Program-made: the position numbers and the translations under genes
Part shown: positions 26,801-35,593 of the stretch, in pieces
How positions within the stretch are numbered: position 1 is the first letter of the stretch
Layout: every line of letters starts with the position of its first letter
Notes under the pieces: generated by a model
Databases searched by the model: none
What the model was told of the DNA's origin: nothing
The model's input: the letters and a program-made list of their open reading frames with translations, nothing else
Source: a virus
Taxonomy: Duplodnaviria; Caudoviricetes
Length of the DNA stretch: 38,635 nucleotides
IMG/VR virus record: IMGVR_UViG_3300028585_000536
Location: 1 to 38,635 of that record
Reading direction: 5' to 3' (one strand)

Positions 26801-27700
26801 ATGACGCAACGCGTGACCGACACCCTGTTCATCAAGAACAGGCTCCGTGACATCAAGATCCTCGGCAACGGTATAGCCGGGCACCTGGCCCAGGCGTGCT
26901 TGGAAGCTTCCTTGTCCTCATCGACTGACCAGGTGACGGAGATGAGTTTCAAGTTTGAGGATGACGATGACTTTGGGTTCTGGAGCCGCGGCACTTTCGC
27001 GTTCGGCACCGCGGTCTCATATGGTCCGTGGCGGCTCACGATCGAACAGGTGACCGTCGAACAGGGGCGGGGTCGACCGAACATTGTGGTGAAGGCCCCG
27101 TCGCGTTTTGTGACCCGGTTGCGGAGTCAGACTGGGGAACGGAACTGGGGCAAGGTCGATATCTCGACCTGGGTGCGTCAGCGGGCCAACGACGTGGATA
27201 TGAAGCATCTGGTTCAACCTGGGCTGGGGTCCCAGGAGATCGTCCGGGAGAAGCCTAAGGGTGACAAGCAGGAGAACGACTGGGACCTGTTGACGCAGGT
27301 CGCAAAGAAGCGTGGTGCATGGTGCTTTGAGCACGCCGACACACTGGTGTTCGCCAGGCCCTCATGGCTGTTCAACCGGGCGGGTCTGCGTCAGCTGTCG
27401 TTCACCTGGAACTCGCAGAAGCGGATGAGCGAGGCACTGACGGAGATGCCGAAGTTCAAGGACGCCCCGCACCGGCGGGACCAGGAGCTGACGTTGAAGA
27501 TCGTCTCCGACGACATGGATTCTGCCCGGCCCGGTGACTCGGTGAACCTCGGTGGTGGCGTGCACCGTATGGGTGGCGGGTGGATCGTGACGAAGGCAGA
27601 GTATCCGTTGACTCGGACCGCACCGGTGGTGCTGACCTGTAAGCGCCCGGTGGATCCTGAACCGGAAAAGGACACCGATCCAGAGAAGGATGACGACTGA
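26801..27700 (+). CDS. Baseplate hub protein (P2 gpD / Mu gp44-like)
   Basis: Synteny; ENDWDLLTQVAKKRGAWCFEHADTLVFARP and RPGDSVNLGG...WIVTKAEY. Confidence 0.8.
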   Translation: MTQRVTDTLFIKNRLRDIKILGNGIAGHLAQACLEASLSSSTDQVTEMSFKFEDDDDFGFWSRGTFAFGTAVSYGPWRLTIEQVTVEQGRGRPNIVVKAPSRFVTRLRSQTGERNWGKVDISTWVRQRANDVDMKHLVQPGLGSQEIVREKPKGDKQENDWDLLTQVAKKRGAWCFEHADTLVFARPSWLFNRAGLRQLSFTWNSQKRMSEALTEMPKFKDAPHRRDQELTLKIVSDDMDSARPGDSVNLGGGVHRMGGGWIVTKAEYPLTRTAPVVLTCKRPVDPEPEKDTDPEKDDD

Positions 27701-28104
27701 TGCGCCGGCTTTGGCGTGGGTTACTGCTGGCCCGGGCGCTGCCGTTGGTTCAGGCTCATTACCGGACCGGCGCGGACCTGGATAGTGACCGTGGTTTGGA
27801 GCGGTCGACTGGGCTGCAGATGGCGGAGCTCGTGTCTCAGCTGTTAAAGCCCTTTGATGTGGATCTGCCGGACCGTGACGTCCGGCTCTCGGCATGGTTG
27901 GACCGGCACGAGGTCCCGCGCGGTCGGCTGGGCATGTCGTGTTGTGTGGCGGTTCTGGCGGATGGTCGTTGCGGTCTGACGATTGGTGGAGGACTGGTCA
28001 TCGAAGCGGTGGCTGACAGCATGGTCACGGTGGAACGTCCTGAGACGGACAGGTATGTGGCGGTCTACCGGTTACCGAGGGTCTACTACGGGGAGGTGAT
28101 CTGA
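27700..28104 (+). CDS. Degenerate NlpC/P60-like baseplate-associated protein
   Basis: GLQMAELVSQ...VDLPDR and GRCGLTIGGGLVIEA echo NlpC/P60 GLDCSGLV...LPR and GHVGIYIGGG.MIEA without the catalytic Cys and His. Confidence 0.55.
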   Translation: MRRLWRGLLLARALPLVQAHYRTGADLDSDRGLERSTGLQMAELVSQLLKPFDVDLPDRDVRLSAWLDRHEVPRGRLGMSCCVAVLADGRCGLTIGGGLVIEAVADSMVTVERPETDRYVAVYRLPRVYYGEVI

Positions 28105-28377
28105 GTGAGCGCAGTGAATGATCTTGTAGTTCGCTCTCGCGGTCAGTCGCGCACTGATCGTGGTGAGGCGATGATCCCCACGGGGTGGCGTGGGTTCTGC
28201 GCCAGGTCCGACGATCAGGGCGTGTACGTGGTGGTGCCGCGTCTGATGGGTGAGGAGTGGGTAGGTCCGGTGCAGTGGTTGGCTGGCGCTCAGCCTGTGG
28301 TGGGTGATCAGGTTTTGGTGGTTGCTGTGGAGGGTCGTAAGGACGATCTTGTGGTTGTGGGTGTGCGGACACGCTAG
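28105..28377 (+). CDS. Small baseplate spike-like protein (gpV N-terminal OB-fold-like)
   Basis: GGAGGT RBS; VYVVVPRL...GP...PVVGDQVLVVAVEGRKDDLVVVG. Confidence 0.7.
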   Translation: MSAVNDLVVRSRGQSRTDRGEAMIPTGWRGFCARSDDQGVYVVVPRLMGEEWVGPVQWLAGAQPVVGDQVLVVAVEGRKDDLVVVGVRTR

Positions 28378-28378
28378 A

Positions 28379-28413
28379 CCGTCCCCCAAGCCGAACGGTG
28401 ACGGCGGCACCCT
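28379..28413 (+). promoter_or_regulatory. Phage late-promoter motif copy before the tail fibre gene (leaderless)
   Basis: CCGTCCCCCA (G 28381), CACCCT at 28408, ATG at 28420. Confidence 0.75.
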
Positions 28414-28419
28414 GCGGGT

Positions 28420-30006
28420 ATGGCTATCGATCCGACTCCGCGGTTTCAGCTCCCCCGGTACACCAACGGGCAGGATCTGCATCCGACGCGCACTGACTTC
28501 AATGGGCGCATGGAGCTCATCGATGAGCTGGCAGCGATCGCGCTGCAGGGAGCCCGCGCGGACCGACCAATGCCTGAGACGCGGGGCCGGTTCTACGCGG
28601 CCACCGACACCCGCGACCTGTTCTACGACACCGGGACGACCTGGCTCGAAGTCGCCAGGATCGGCGCAGGGGGCCCCGGCTCAACTGTCCTGGTTGGTGG
28701 CAGCACGGTCCAAGCCGATGAGGGAACCTCTGACCGGGCAGCCCGCGCGGACCACGTCCACCGGATCCCACTAGCGACAGCGAACTCACCAGGCGCCCAG
28801 TCGGGTGAGGACCGGGCGAAGATGCTCGCCGCGACAAACGTTTCCACACCGAACACACATGTGGTTCGCGACTCCGAGGGCCGCACCCGGTTCGCAGATC
28901 CCTCAGCAGTCACTGACGCCGCCAATAAGCGTTACGTAGATACCCTGATCAACACCCGCGCAGCCGCGTCGCACACGCACAACGCTTCCGACACCACGGG
29001 CGGAACGTTCAACCCTGCCCGTCTGCCCCCAGCTACCACCAGCGCCCAAGGGGCACTCAGCCCAGAAGATAAAGCCCTAATCGATGGACGCAGGTCCCTC
29101 AATGGTGCGGGCAGTTTGGTGGTCAGGGACTCTGAGAACCGGTTCAACTCGGAAGTTCCCGCTTTGGAGTACCACGTGGCTAACAAAAAATACGTGGACC
29201 AGCAGGTGGGTTCTCATCGGCACAGCGCCGCAGACATAAACTCCGGGGAGTTCAGTAGTGCCCGCTTACCCGCCGCGACAGCTGGCAATAAGGGGGCGAT
29301 GAGCCACATTCATTTTCAGCTGGTGGACGGCGCTTCGCCCAATCCTGTAGGCAATGCCCTGCCACTCCGCACGAGTAATGGAAATATTGCAGTTCCCGCC
29401 CCTACTGCTTCGATTCACGCGACTCAAAGAAGCTATGTGGACGATCTTTACGCCGGGACGATCAAGGATCGCGGTCAGCTTGGAAGCGGCAGCATCGACT
29501 CAGTAACAGAGACCGGTGAGTACTACCAGAATCAGACGACGCCAGTGACCATTGCCAACGGTTACCCCGTCAACGGAAATGCCGGGGCGCTGTCTGTTCG
29601 TCAGTTCACAAATTCAACTTCTGGTCACCGGATCCAGGTTTGGACGCAATGGTCCAGCCCACGTCAGTGGTTCCGCACGTCTAACACCAATGGCGAGTTC
29701 AGTGCATGGCAAGAATTCGTGACGGCCGATCAGGTCGTCCATACACTTCCGCAGCCCCTGGGATCGACGAACCTCAACGCACGCACCGAGCCCGGCGACT
29801 TCTACGTGACTAGCTCCACGAACGCCAGCGAGGCTAACCACTTCCCACCCGGCGCGGCCGGGAACGAGGGGTTGCTAGAGGTCAAGCGACACATCGGCAA
29901 CAGCGTGATGCAGCGATACACCGTAGCGATTGGCAGTCACCCTATGTGGATCCGGCGTCGATACGTAGGTGGCACTTGGTCCGACTGGTCGAGGGTGGGT
30001 GCGTGA
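28420..30006 (+). CDS. Tail fibre protein with repeated shaft units and two C-terminal knob-like domains
   Basis: AANKRYVD / VANKKYVD / ATQRSYVD repeats; two domains of the form G-x-Y/FY...N.P....G.L.V...Q.W/Y...W.R....S.W. Confidence 0.85.
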   Translation: MAIDPTPRFQLPRYTNGQDLHPTRTDFNGRMELIDELAAIALQGARADRPMPETRGRFYAATDTRDLFYDTGTTWLEVARIGAGGPGSTVLVGGSTVQADEGTSDRAARADHVHRIPLATANSPGAQSGEDRAKMLAATNVSTPNTHVVRDSEGRTRFADPSAVTDAANKRYVDTLINTRAAASHTHNASDTTGGTFNPARLPPATTSAQGALSPEDKALIDGRRSLNGAGSLVVRDSENRFNSEVPALEYHVANKKYVDQQVGSHRHSAADINSGEFSSARLPAATAGNKGAMSHIHFQLVDGASPNPVGNALPLRTSNGNIAVPAPTASIHATQRSYVDDLYAGTIKDRGQLGSGSIDSVTETGEYYQNQTTPVTIANGYPVNGNAGALSVRQFTNSTSGHRIQVWTQWSSPRQWFRTSNTNGEFSAWQEFVTADQVVHTLPQPLGSTNLNARTEPGDFYVTSSTNASEANHFPPGAAGNEGLLEVKRHIGNSVMQRYTVAIGSHPMWIRRRYVGGTWSDWSRVGA

Positions 30007-30431
30007 TGGTGGGTCGTAATGATTCATGGCCCAAAGCCATTTGGTCCCGGCTCCACGAGCCCCGATTGATGACTGCATTCCACATCGCGGCTTACATCTG
30101 CATCGGGTTCCTCGGAGTGTCCGTGATGCTGGAACCTCCGAACTCAATCACTGGCAGCATCGGCTGGCTGGCATACCTCTGGGGCGTCTTCTCTGCCATC
30201 GGCGGACTTACCGCCGCGATCGCCTGTCCCTTGGGGAAATGGGATGTAGAGAAGCCCGCCCTCATCTTGTGCCTGACCGGGATTGTCATTTACACGCTCA
30301 CTGCGTTCGGTCTGCACTTCTCCAGTGACGGTAACCGGGTGCCACAGGCTCTTGCGCTATCTGCCCTGGCACTGCACCTGGCGGGGAGAGCCGTGTACAT
30401 CTGGCCTTTTAGCTACGAGCCGGGCAAATAA
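30006..30431 (+). CDS. Four-TM membrane protein of the lysis region
   Basis: TGATG coupling at 30004-30008; four hydrophobic segments. Confidence 0.75.
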   Translation: MVGRNDSWPKAIWSRLHEPRLMTAFHIAAYICIGFLGVSVMLEPPNSITGSIGWLAYLWGVFSAIGGLTAAIACPLGKWDVEKPALILCLTGIVIYTLTAFGLHFSSDGNRVPQALALSALALHLAGRAVYIWPFSYEPGK

Positions 30432-30459
30432 CTGACCAAGGAATGAGGGGTATCCGTGT

Positions 30460-30801
30460 ATGTGGGATTGGTCAGTATTTTGGCCCGCGATCGCGACGAT
30501 TTTCGGGGGTGGCTCTGCTCTCACCGTGGCGATCCAGGGCATCCAGAAGAAGCGCTCGGGCCGGGCGCAGCGGGAGCGAAGAATCAACAACGACCTGAAG
30601 TCGAGAGTCGACCGGTCTGAGGCGGAGAAGCGGTTTCATAGTGACCTGAGCGACTGGGAAGCTGCGCACCGGCGCCGGGTCCAGGAGTTCGCCTCAAGAT
30701 TGCTGGGCAAGCTAGCAGAGAAGCAGGTGCCTATGGGAGAGATCCCTGAGTGGCCGAACCCGCCGTCGGACAAGCCCCGCCGGGAGGACTACGGACTTTA
30801 G
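30460..30801 (+). CDS. Single-TM plus coiled-coil membrane protein of the lysis region
   Basis: GAGGGG RBS; N-terminal hydrophobic helix followed by a charged helical region. Confidence 0.75.
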   Translation: MWDWSVFWPAIATIFGGGSALTVAIQGIQKKRSGRAQRERRINNDLKSRVDRSEAEKRFHSDLSDWEAAHRRRVQEFASRLLGKLAEKQVPMGEIPEWPNPPSDKPRREDYGL

Positions 30802-30879
30802 GCTCCCTCCCCCACGAGCGTCGCCGACGGCCGCTTACTGGGCGCGTAACCACCAACACGCTCAGCCCAGGAGGCAGCC

Positions 30880-31035
30880 ATGGGACGACCAATCGTCCAC
30901 AACGGGATCCCCGTCAACCTTGATGACGGTGTCGATGAGTCGATGCTCGATCAGGACTCATCTTGCGACGCAGTAGACGGGCAGGCCATGTATGAGGCCG
31001 AGCTCGCCAACGCTGGAGAAGAGGTTCAGCGATGA
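30880..31035 (+). CDS. Small acidic protein (51 aa, MGRPIVHNGIPVNLDDG...EEVQR), not in the ORF track
   Basis: Strong AGGAGG RBS; stop overlaps the endolysin ATG (ATGA). Confidence 0.7.
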   Translation: MGRPIVHNGIPVNLDDGVDESMLDQDSSCDAVDGQAMYEAELANAGEEVQR

Positions 31036-32159
31036 ATGCGATCATCTCCCGCTCATCCTGGGGTGCGCAGTTCCAGGACGGCCACGCCAGCCGGCCAGTA
31101 GGTGACCTCGAAGTATGGGGACACAACACCGTCACCGGGCACTCCGGTAAGAACGCTACCTTCGCGCAGGACTGCGCCGCGGTGCGCACAGTGGAACGGG
31201 TTGGTCAGCAGCGGTTCGGCGTGGGCATGTCCTACCCTTTCCTCATCCCGCCATCTGGACGCATCTTCATGGGGGTGAGCCCTCACCGGGTGTCACCCCA
31301 CACCCTGGGGCACAACACCGGCGGTTCCGCGATCGCCTACATCGGCAACTACGACAACGAGCAGCTGACTGCCGAGCAGATCGCAGCGACAGCGTGGTTG
31401 CTCTGGAAGGGCCAGCAAGAGGGCTGGTGGAAGACCGACCGGTTCACCGGCGTGCACGGCGACGTGTTCCCCACCTCCTGTTGCGGCCGCAACGCAATCC
31501 CAGTGGCACGCTCCATCCGAGCCAAAACACCCTCCGGCACCACTGCAGTCGCATCCTCTGTCGACGGTGGCGGGCACGGATTCTTCCGCGTCACCCGCAA
31601 CGACTCACTCCGAGACGGTCCACTCTCCACCAACAAGAACGTCCGCCAGATCCTCGAAGGCGAACTCTGCATCGCCGGACCAGGATCCACACGCTGGTGG
31701 AAAGAGATCGGCCAAGGACTCTGGGCGCCCCACGGCGCACTCGAGGCCGTCGAAGTGGGTGGCGCGACCGACGTGCTGCACCACGGAATGTGGCCCGACC
31801 GCCCACTCCCGCTCACCGGGGTCCAGACCAACGAGTGGCAGACCGCCTGGCGCGAATACCTGTGGCGCGCTGAGAAGCGCGACGGGCACCTCCACCGGGA
31901 ACGCAAGCAGTGGCTCAACAACCGCGGCTACATTGCCGGCCACGGCCCCGAGATGACCGGACAGTACTGGCGAGCATGGGCGCGCATGCTCCGCGACGAA
32001 GGACACTACGCCGGAGACGTCACCCAAGGCGCACGGTTCGAAGATCCCGAGTTCATCCGAGCCGACAAGGCGTTCCTCAACAGCCGGGTCGCCTACATGC
32101 TGCCGCAACCGCCGTCAGCGTCCGAGAAGTACCGAGGATGGAAAGGAAAGGTGCGCTGA
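31032..32159 (+). CDS. Endolysin: PGRP/Amidase_2 N-acetylmuramoyl-L-alanine amidase with SH3b-like and C-terminal binding regions
   Basis: IISRSSWGA, GHNT, SYPFLI...G, HTLGHN, IAYIGNYD and HGDVFPTSCCG; SLRDGP...W SH3b-like segment. Confidence 0.9.
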   Translation: MNAIISRSSWGAQFQDGHASRPVGDLEVWGHNTVTGHSGKNATFAQDCAAVRTVERVGQQRFGVGMSYPFLIPPSGRIFMGVSPHRVSPHTLGHNTGGSAIAYIGNYDNEQLTAEQIAATAWLLWKGQQEGWWKTDRFTGVHGDVFPTSCCGRNAIPVARSIRAKTPSGTTAVASSVDGGGHGFFRVTRNDSLRDGPLSTNKNVRQILEGELCIAGPGSTRWWKEIGQGLWAPHGALEAVEVGGATDVLHHGMWPDRPLPLTGVQTNEWQTAWREYLWRAEKRDGHLHRERKQWLNNRGYIAGHGPEMTGQYWRAWARMLRDEGHYAGDVTQGARFEDPEFIRADKAFLNSRVAYMLPQPPSASEKYRGWKGKVR

Positions 32160-32440
32160 TGACTGAGTCAACACTCACCCCAGGGCCCTCCACCCAGGAG
32201 GCTCACCCTTGGCGGGCAGTGGTCCGCACGTTCGTGGCAGCCGGCGCAGGCGTCTTGCTGGCATGGCTGGCACGCACGATCGGTATTGATCTGGCCGGCC
32301 TCGAAGGTCCCATCGTGGACTCAGCGACTGCAGCCGTCTGGGCCTTCATCACTGGACTCGTCCAGTGGCTACTCACACGCCCGAACCTGCTCCCGTTCTG
32401 GCGGTCCATCGGACTCGGCACAGGAGTCGAGAAGGAATAA
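32159..32440 (+). CDS. Holin
   Basis: TGATG coupling to the endolysin; 93 aa, two TM segments, PWRAVVRTFV. Confidence 0.8.
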   Translation: MTESTLTPGPSTQEAHPWRAVVRTFVAAGAGVLLAWLARTIGIDLAGLEGPIVDSATAAVWAFITGLVQWLLTRPNLLPFWRSIGLGTGVEKE

Positions 32441-32445
32441 CTCGA

Positions 32446-32492
32446 AACACACTGCCGCCCCATCCTCCGTTGAGGTGGGGCGGCAGTGTGTT
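32446..32492. terminator. Intrinsic terminator hairpin between the convergent holin and fic genes
   Basis: Perfect 17-bp inverted repeat AACACACTGCCGCCCCA / TGGGGCGGCAGTGTGTT. Confidence 0.85.
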
Positions 32493-32496
32493 GTGT

Positions 32497-33702
32497 CTAG
32501 AGCTCCGAGCGTGAGACGAAGACTTGCAAGACGTCTGGGGCATAGAATCGACGCTTATAGGTCTTGCGCCCCCGTTCGCGGAGGATGTCTAACTCCACTA
32601 ATTGCCTTACAACGCGATTTGCCGCGTTGTAAGAAACACCCAACTCTCGCTGCGCTTGTGGCACTGTGAACGATGGGCTGCCAACGGCGAGGTCTACCAG
32701 CGTGTGAGCTGTGTCAGACCGCAAATTCGATTCGCGGATTCTCTCTTTGAGGTTCTCTTGGACCGCCATGAGAGCCAACATCTGTCGCTTCGTTGACTCC
32801 GCTGCTTCCCGAATGCCTTTCGCGAAGAAGGCTATATAGGAGTCCCAGTCACCCGTTGCGCTGACGTCAAACAGGGCGTCGTAGTAGTCCGTGCGGCGCG
32901 CCTCGAACCACGGCGAAACCGTAAGCGTTGGTTCATCCAGCAAGCCTGTCTTCAATAGGTGTAAGACAATCAGGAAGCGTCCCAGCCGCCCGTTCCCATC
33001 ACGGAATGGGTGCAGAGCTTCAAACTGGTAGTGGGACATAGCCGCTGAGACAACCGGATCAATCTTGTCCGAGTGATCCATGCGCATCCAACTGACCAAA
33101 TCACTCACGCCAGTCTTGAGTTGATCCCCAGGCGGAGCGGGGACGAAACGCGAGGCGTAAACCGGAATGGTTTCTGCATCAACACCGGAGCGACGACCAA
33201 TGACGACCGGCCGGTCGCGTAGTCGGCCCGACTCAGGTGCCAAAGAAGTTCCGTGCATGAGCGCCCCCTGGAGGTCTTCCAGAAGCGTCACGGTCACGGG
33301 GGCACCCTTATGCACCCATGCGAAGCCCTGATTCGCCATATCGACATAATTGAAGATCTCAATTAGTTCTGGAGAGAATGTATCTTCCTCACCAGCCGTT
33401 AGCACCTCCGACAGAGGCGCATACGTGCCCTCCAGAGCAGAAGTGCTTTGCGCTTCTCTTCGAAGCGTTGGCATGCGGAGGAGCCCCGGATTTGGTAACT
33501 GACGAGCAATGCTATCTAAGGATGCGAGCGCAGCTCGGGCGTTGCCGATGACGAGGTTCGTTTGCTGACTCAGCAGTGGCGAGTCCTCTGGTAGTGGAGC
33601 AGGAAGGAATGCCTTGTGATGCCAGTTCCCGATTTCAGGGTCGAAACCCGAGATGTCTACAAGTGATCCCATGGCTGCGTTGGTGAAGAGTTCGGTTTGC
33701 AC
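32497..33702 (-). CDS. Fic family AMPylase (N-terminal inhibitory helix, C-terminal HTH)
   Basis: Canonical HPFRDGNGRLGR; STSALEGT inhibitory motif; C-terminal FTVPQAQRELGVSYNAANRVV HTH. Confidence 0.93.
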   Translation of the reverse strand: MQTELFTNAAMGSLVDISGFDPEIGNWHHKAFLPAPLPEDSPLLSQQTNLVIGNARAALASLDSIARQLPNPGLLRMPTLRREAQSTSALEGTYAPLSEVLTAGEEDTFSPELIEIFNYVDMANQGFAWVHKGAPVTVTLLEDLQGALMHGTSLAPESGRLRDRPVVIGRRSGVDAETIPVYASRFVPAPPGDQLKTGVSDLVSWMRMDHSDKIDPVVSAAMSHYQFEALHPFRDGNGRLGRFLIVLHLLKTGLLDEPTLTVSPWFEARRTDYYDALFDVSATGDWDSYIAFFAKGIREAAESTKRQMLALMAVQENLKERIRESNLRSDTAHTLVDLAVGSPSFTVPQAQRELGVSYNAANRVVRQLVELDILRERGRKTYKRRFYAPDVLQVFVSRSEL

Positions 33703-33995
33703 AATCTCAGATTAGCACCGTAAAGATGTATTTGGCGCTCAAAATCTCACTCTTCTACGTAATATGGAGAATCTTCTGCTCAATGCACGCACAAGGTTGT
33801 GAGTCGACCCGGTCGGTCCGCCTCACCTACCCCGCTGCGACCCAAGCGGACTGTTACCTAAGTCTGCCTTCGCCCACCAGGCAGGCGCCCACTCCTTGGT
33901 CCAGCAGGTCGCCTTCGCATCTACGGTCCATAAATCTGAGAGCTCCACACGCACGTAGTTGTCCAAGAACATACCGTCTCAGAACTCCGACGCAT

Positions 33996-34256
33996 TCAGT
34001 TCGTGGGAGTCGCCCCTGCCTCGGAACGCAGTGGGCGCGGATGAGGCCAGCTTTTGCCGCGGATCGTGACAGGGATGTCGCGGGGCGAAGCTAACTCTCT
34101 CTGGTCTATCGCGGTGACCGCCCTAAGGAGGACTCTTGGAGCGCTGCGTTTGAGGGATGGTCCCTGCACTTCGCGGCGTCCGTCTTCCGGCTCCTCGACT
34201 AACAGAAAGTCGTAGTGTCTGCCGTTAATTTTCCAGCGCATCCGTGCTTTGCTCAC
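33996..34256 (-). CDS. Small hypothetical protein, paralog of 34643-34846
   Basis: GTG start at 34256 lies 7 nt after TATCGT and aligns with the paralog start; RWKIN...RGKSWPHP. Confidence 0.7.
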   Translation of the reverse strand: MSKARMRWKINGRHYDFLLVEEPEDGRREVQGPSLKRSAPRVLLRAVTAIDQRELASPRDIPVTIRGKSWPHPRPLRSEAGATPTN

Positions 34257-34342
34257 TAATTGAACGATACACACTCATTACTTGCGTGGCACTTCTTGTA
34301 TTCCAGGCAGGGAGGGGTTTCCGGTGGACGTGGAGCTCGGCG

Positions 34343-34591
34343 CTACTTTGGGGGAAGTTCGACGTCAACGTGGCGGACTCGATCGGCCGACGCGGGAAAT
34401 GTCTCTTCCGCGGCGTTCTGTAGCCAGCCCCGATCGGATCGGTACGCGATGCCTGTGAGAACTACGGTTCCTCGCCGATCAGGGACGTAGGCGGCGTCGG
34501 CGTGCCCTCGGAGTGGGAGCTCCGTATAGTCCTCGAACCCCGCGCAGTAGTAGTCAACGCCTTCAATTGTGACTTTGTCGTAGATAGTCAT
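34343..34591 (-). CDS. Small hypothetical protein (82 aa)
   Basis: GAGGAA RBS; globular-looking composition. Confidence 0.7.
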   Translation of the reverse strand: MTIYDKVTIEGVDYYCAGFEDYTELPLRGHADAAYVPDRRGTVVLTGIAYRSDRGWLQNAAEETFPASADRVRHVDVELPPK

Positions 34592-34642
34592 TGGTTCCTC
34601 TGTTCTCGCAACATGCAGTCTCCGTCCGTAAAGCCTGAAGCA

Positions 34643-34846
34643 TCACTCGGCGGGTTGAGGTGATGGCCAGGACTCTCCTCTCAAAGGAATCTCAGCGTCG
34701 TAGGGCGTGCGGGGTTCTCCGTCGACGGCTGCGATGCCTTGCAATCGAGCGACGATCTCGTTGCCTACTTCGGCCGGTGCCCGGTCTGCGGACGCAAACT
34801 CGTAGACGTGGTCGTTGATTTTCCATCTCCACTGTGCTGTCGCCAT
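34643..34846 (-). CDS. Small hypothetical protein, paralog of 33996-34256
   Basis: TACTGT 6 nt before the ATG; RWKIN...RGESWPSP. Confidence 0.72.
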   Translation of the reverse strand: MATAQWRWKINDHVYEFASADRAPAEVGNEIVARLQGIAAVDGEPRTPYDAEIPLRGESWPSPQPAE

Positions 34847-34918
34847 ACCTAGACAGTATCTATGTGATCCTCAATGCTTACTGGATCCCATGTGAACGTC
34901 GGCTCCACGGCCTTGGAT

Positions 34919-35206
34919 CTAGTACTCGTCGTCGCGTTCGGGTTTGGTTTGGAAGCGTCGTATGACCCATGATTCGGGAAACAGGGCGTCTTCAACGGCG
35001 GTGGGTCGATGGGCGGTGAACCCTGAAGGGCGTCCGTAGCGCGAGGCGGATGCATAGTAGGTGGTGACTTGCAGCTGCTCCACCAGGTCGACTGCCAGGG
35101 ATTCCAAGTATTCGCGCTGCACATCATCTGGGTCGCCGTGCTGGCGAGTGTGAGCGTCGATCATCTTTGCGGTGAAGGACTCTACTGCGGCGTTCCGATC
35201 CGGCAT
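34919..35206 (-). CDS. Small hypothetical protein (95 aa)
   Basis: CATCAT 6 nt before the ATG; co-oriented with its neighbours. Confidence 0.6.
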   Translation of the reverse strand: MPDRNAAVESFTAKMIDAHTRQHGDPDDVQREYLESLAVDLVEQLQVTTYYASASRYGRPSGFTAHRPTAVEDALFPESWVIRRFQTKPERDDEY

Positions 35207-35230
35207 GCCGTCATGATGCCACGGCTGGGT

Positions 35231-35551
35231 CTACTCGTGTTGTGGAAACGCGTGAGACGGTGACGGCGGCTTGACGTTGAGGCATTGACTTAAAGCTGCC
35301 TGCAGCATGTTCCACTGGGACTTGGGCCAGGCGGGGTCGTGCACTTCGAAGGGCGCACCGTGACTAATCGATCCATGCCAAATCTCGACAGTAGGAGTGC
35401 AGCCCCCTCGTGGCGCCCCGGTGAAGATATCCAGGCCTTGAACTCGTACCGTGTATCCGTCGACGGTTGCCTCTCTTGGGACGCCTTGGAAACTTGTGCG
35501 TTTGAGCGCACGGATTAACTCGGTCGTGAGCGAGAGGGAAAGCCGTTGCAT
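35231..35551 (-). CDS. Small hypothetical protein (106 aa)
   Basis: First ORF of the minus-strand island, downstream of an AT-rich palindromic region. Confidence 0.55.
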   Translation of the reverse strand: MQRLSLSLTTELIRALKRTSFQGVPREATVDGYTVRVQGLDIFTGAPRGGCTPTVEIWHGSISHGAPFEVHDPAWPKSQWNMLQAALSQCLNVKPPSPSHAFPQHE

Positions 35552-35593
35552 ATTAGTCTCGTGTCCTGGGTCACATCGAATGTTCCCAGAAGT

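Noticed and set aside
26659-26850. 63-aa ORF across the AT-rich intergenic insert
   Set aside because: Starts inside the putative promoter, has no RBS, crosses the hairpins and overlaps the hub gene out of frame
35213-35250. Minus-strand TTTCCACA upstream of ORF 34919-35206 as a motif copy
   Set aside because: About 3 nt out of register with the conserved spacing, and a poor match to the box
28420-35551. Diversity-generating retroelement or invertible tail-fibre cassette
   Set aside because: No reverse transcriptase, invertase, template/variable repeat pair or inverted fibre copy is visible
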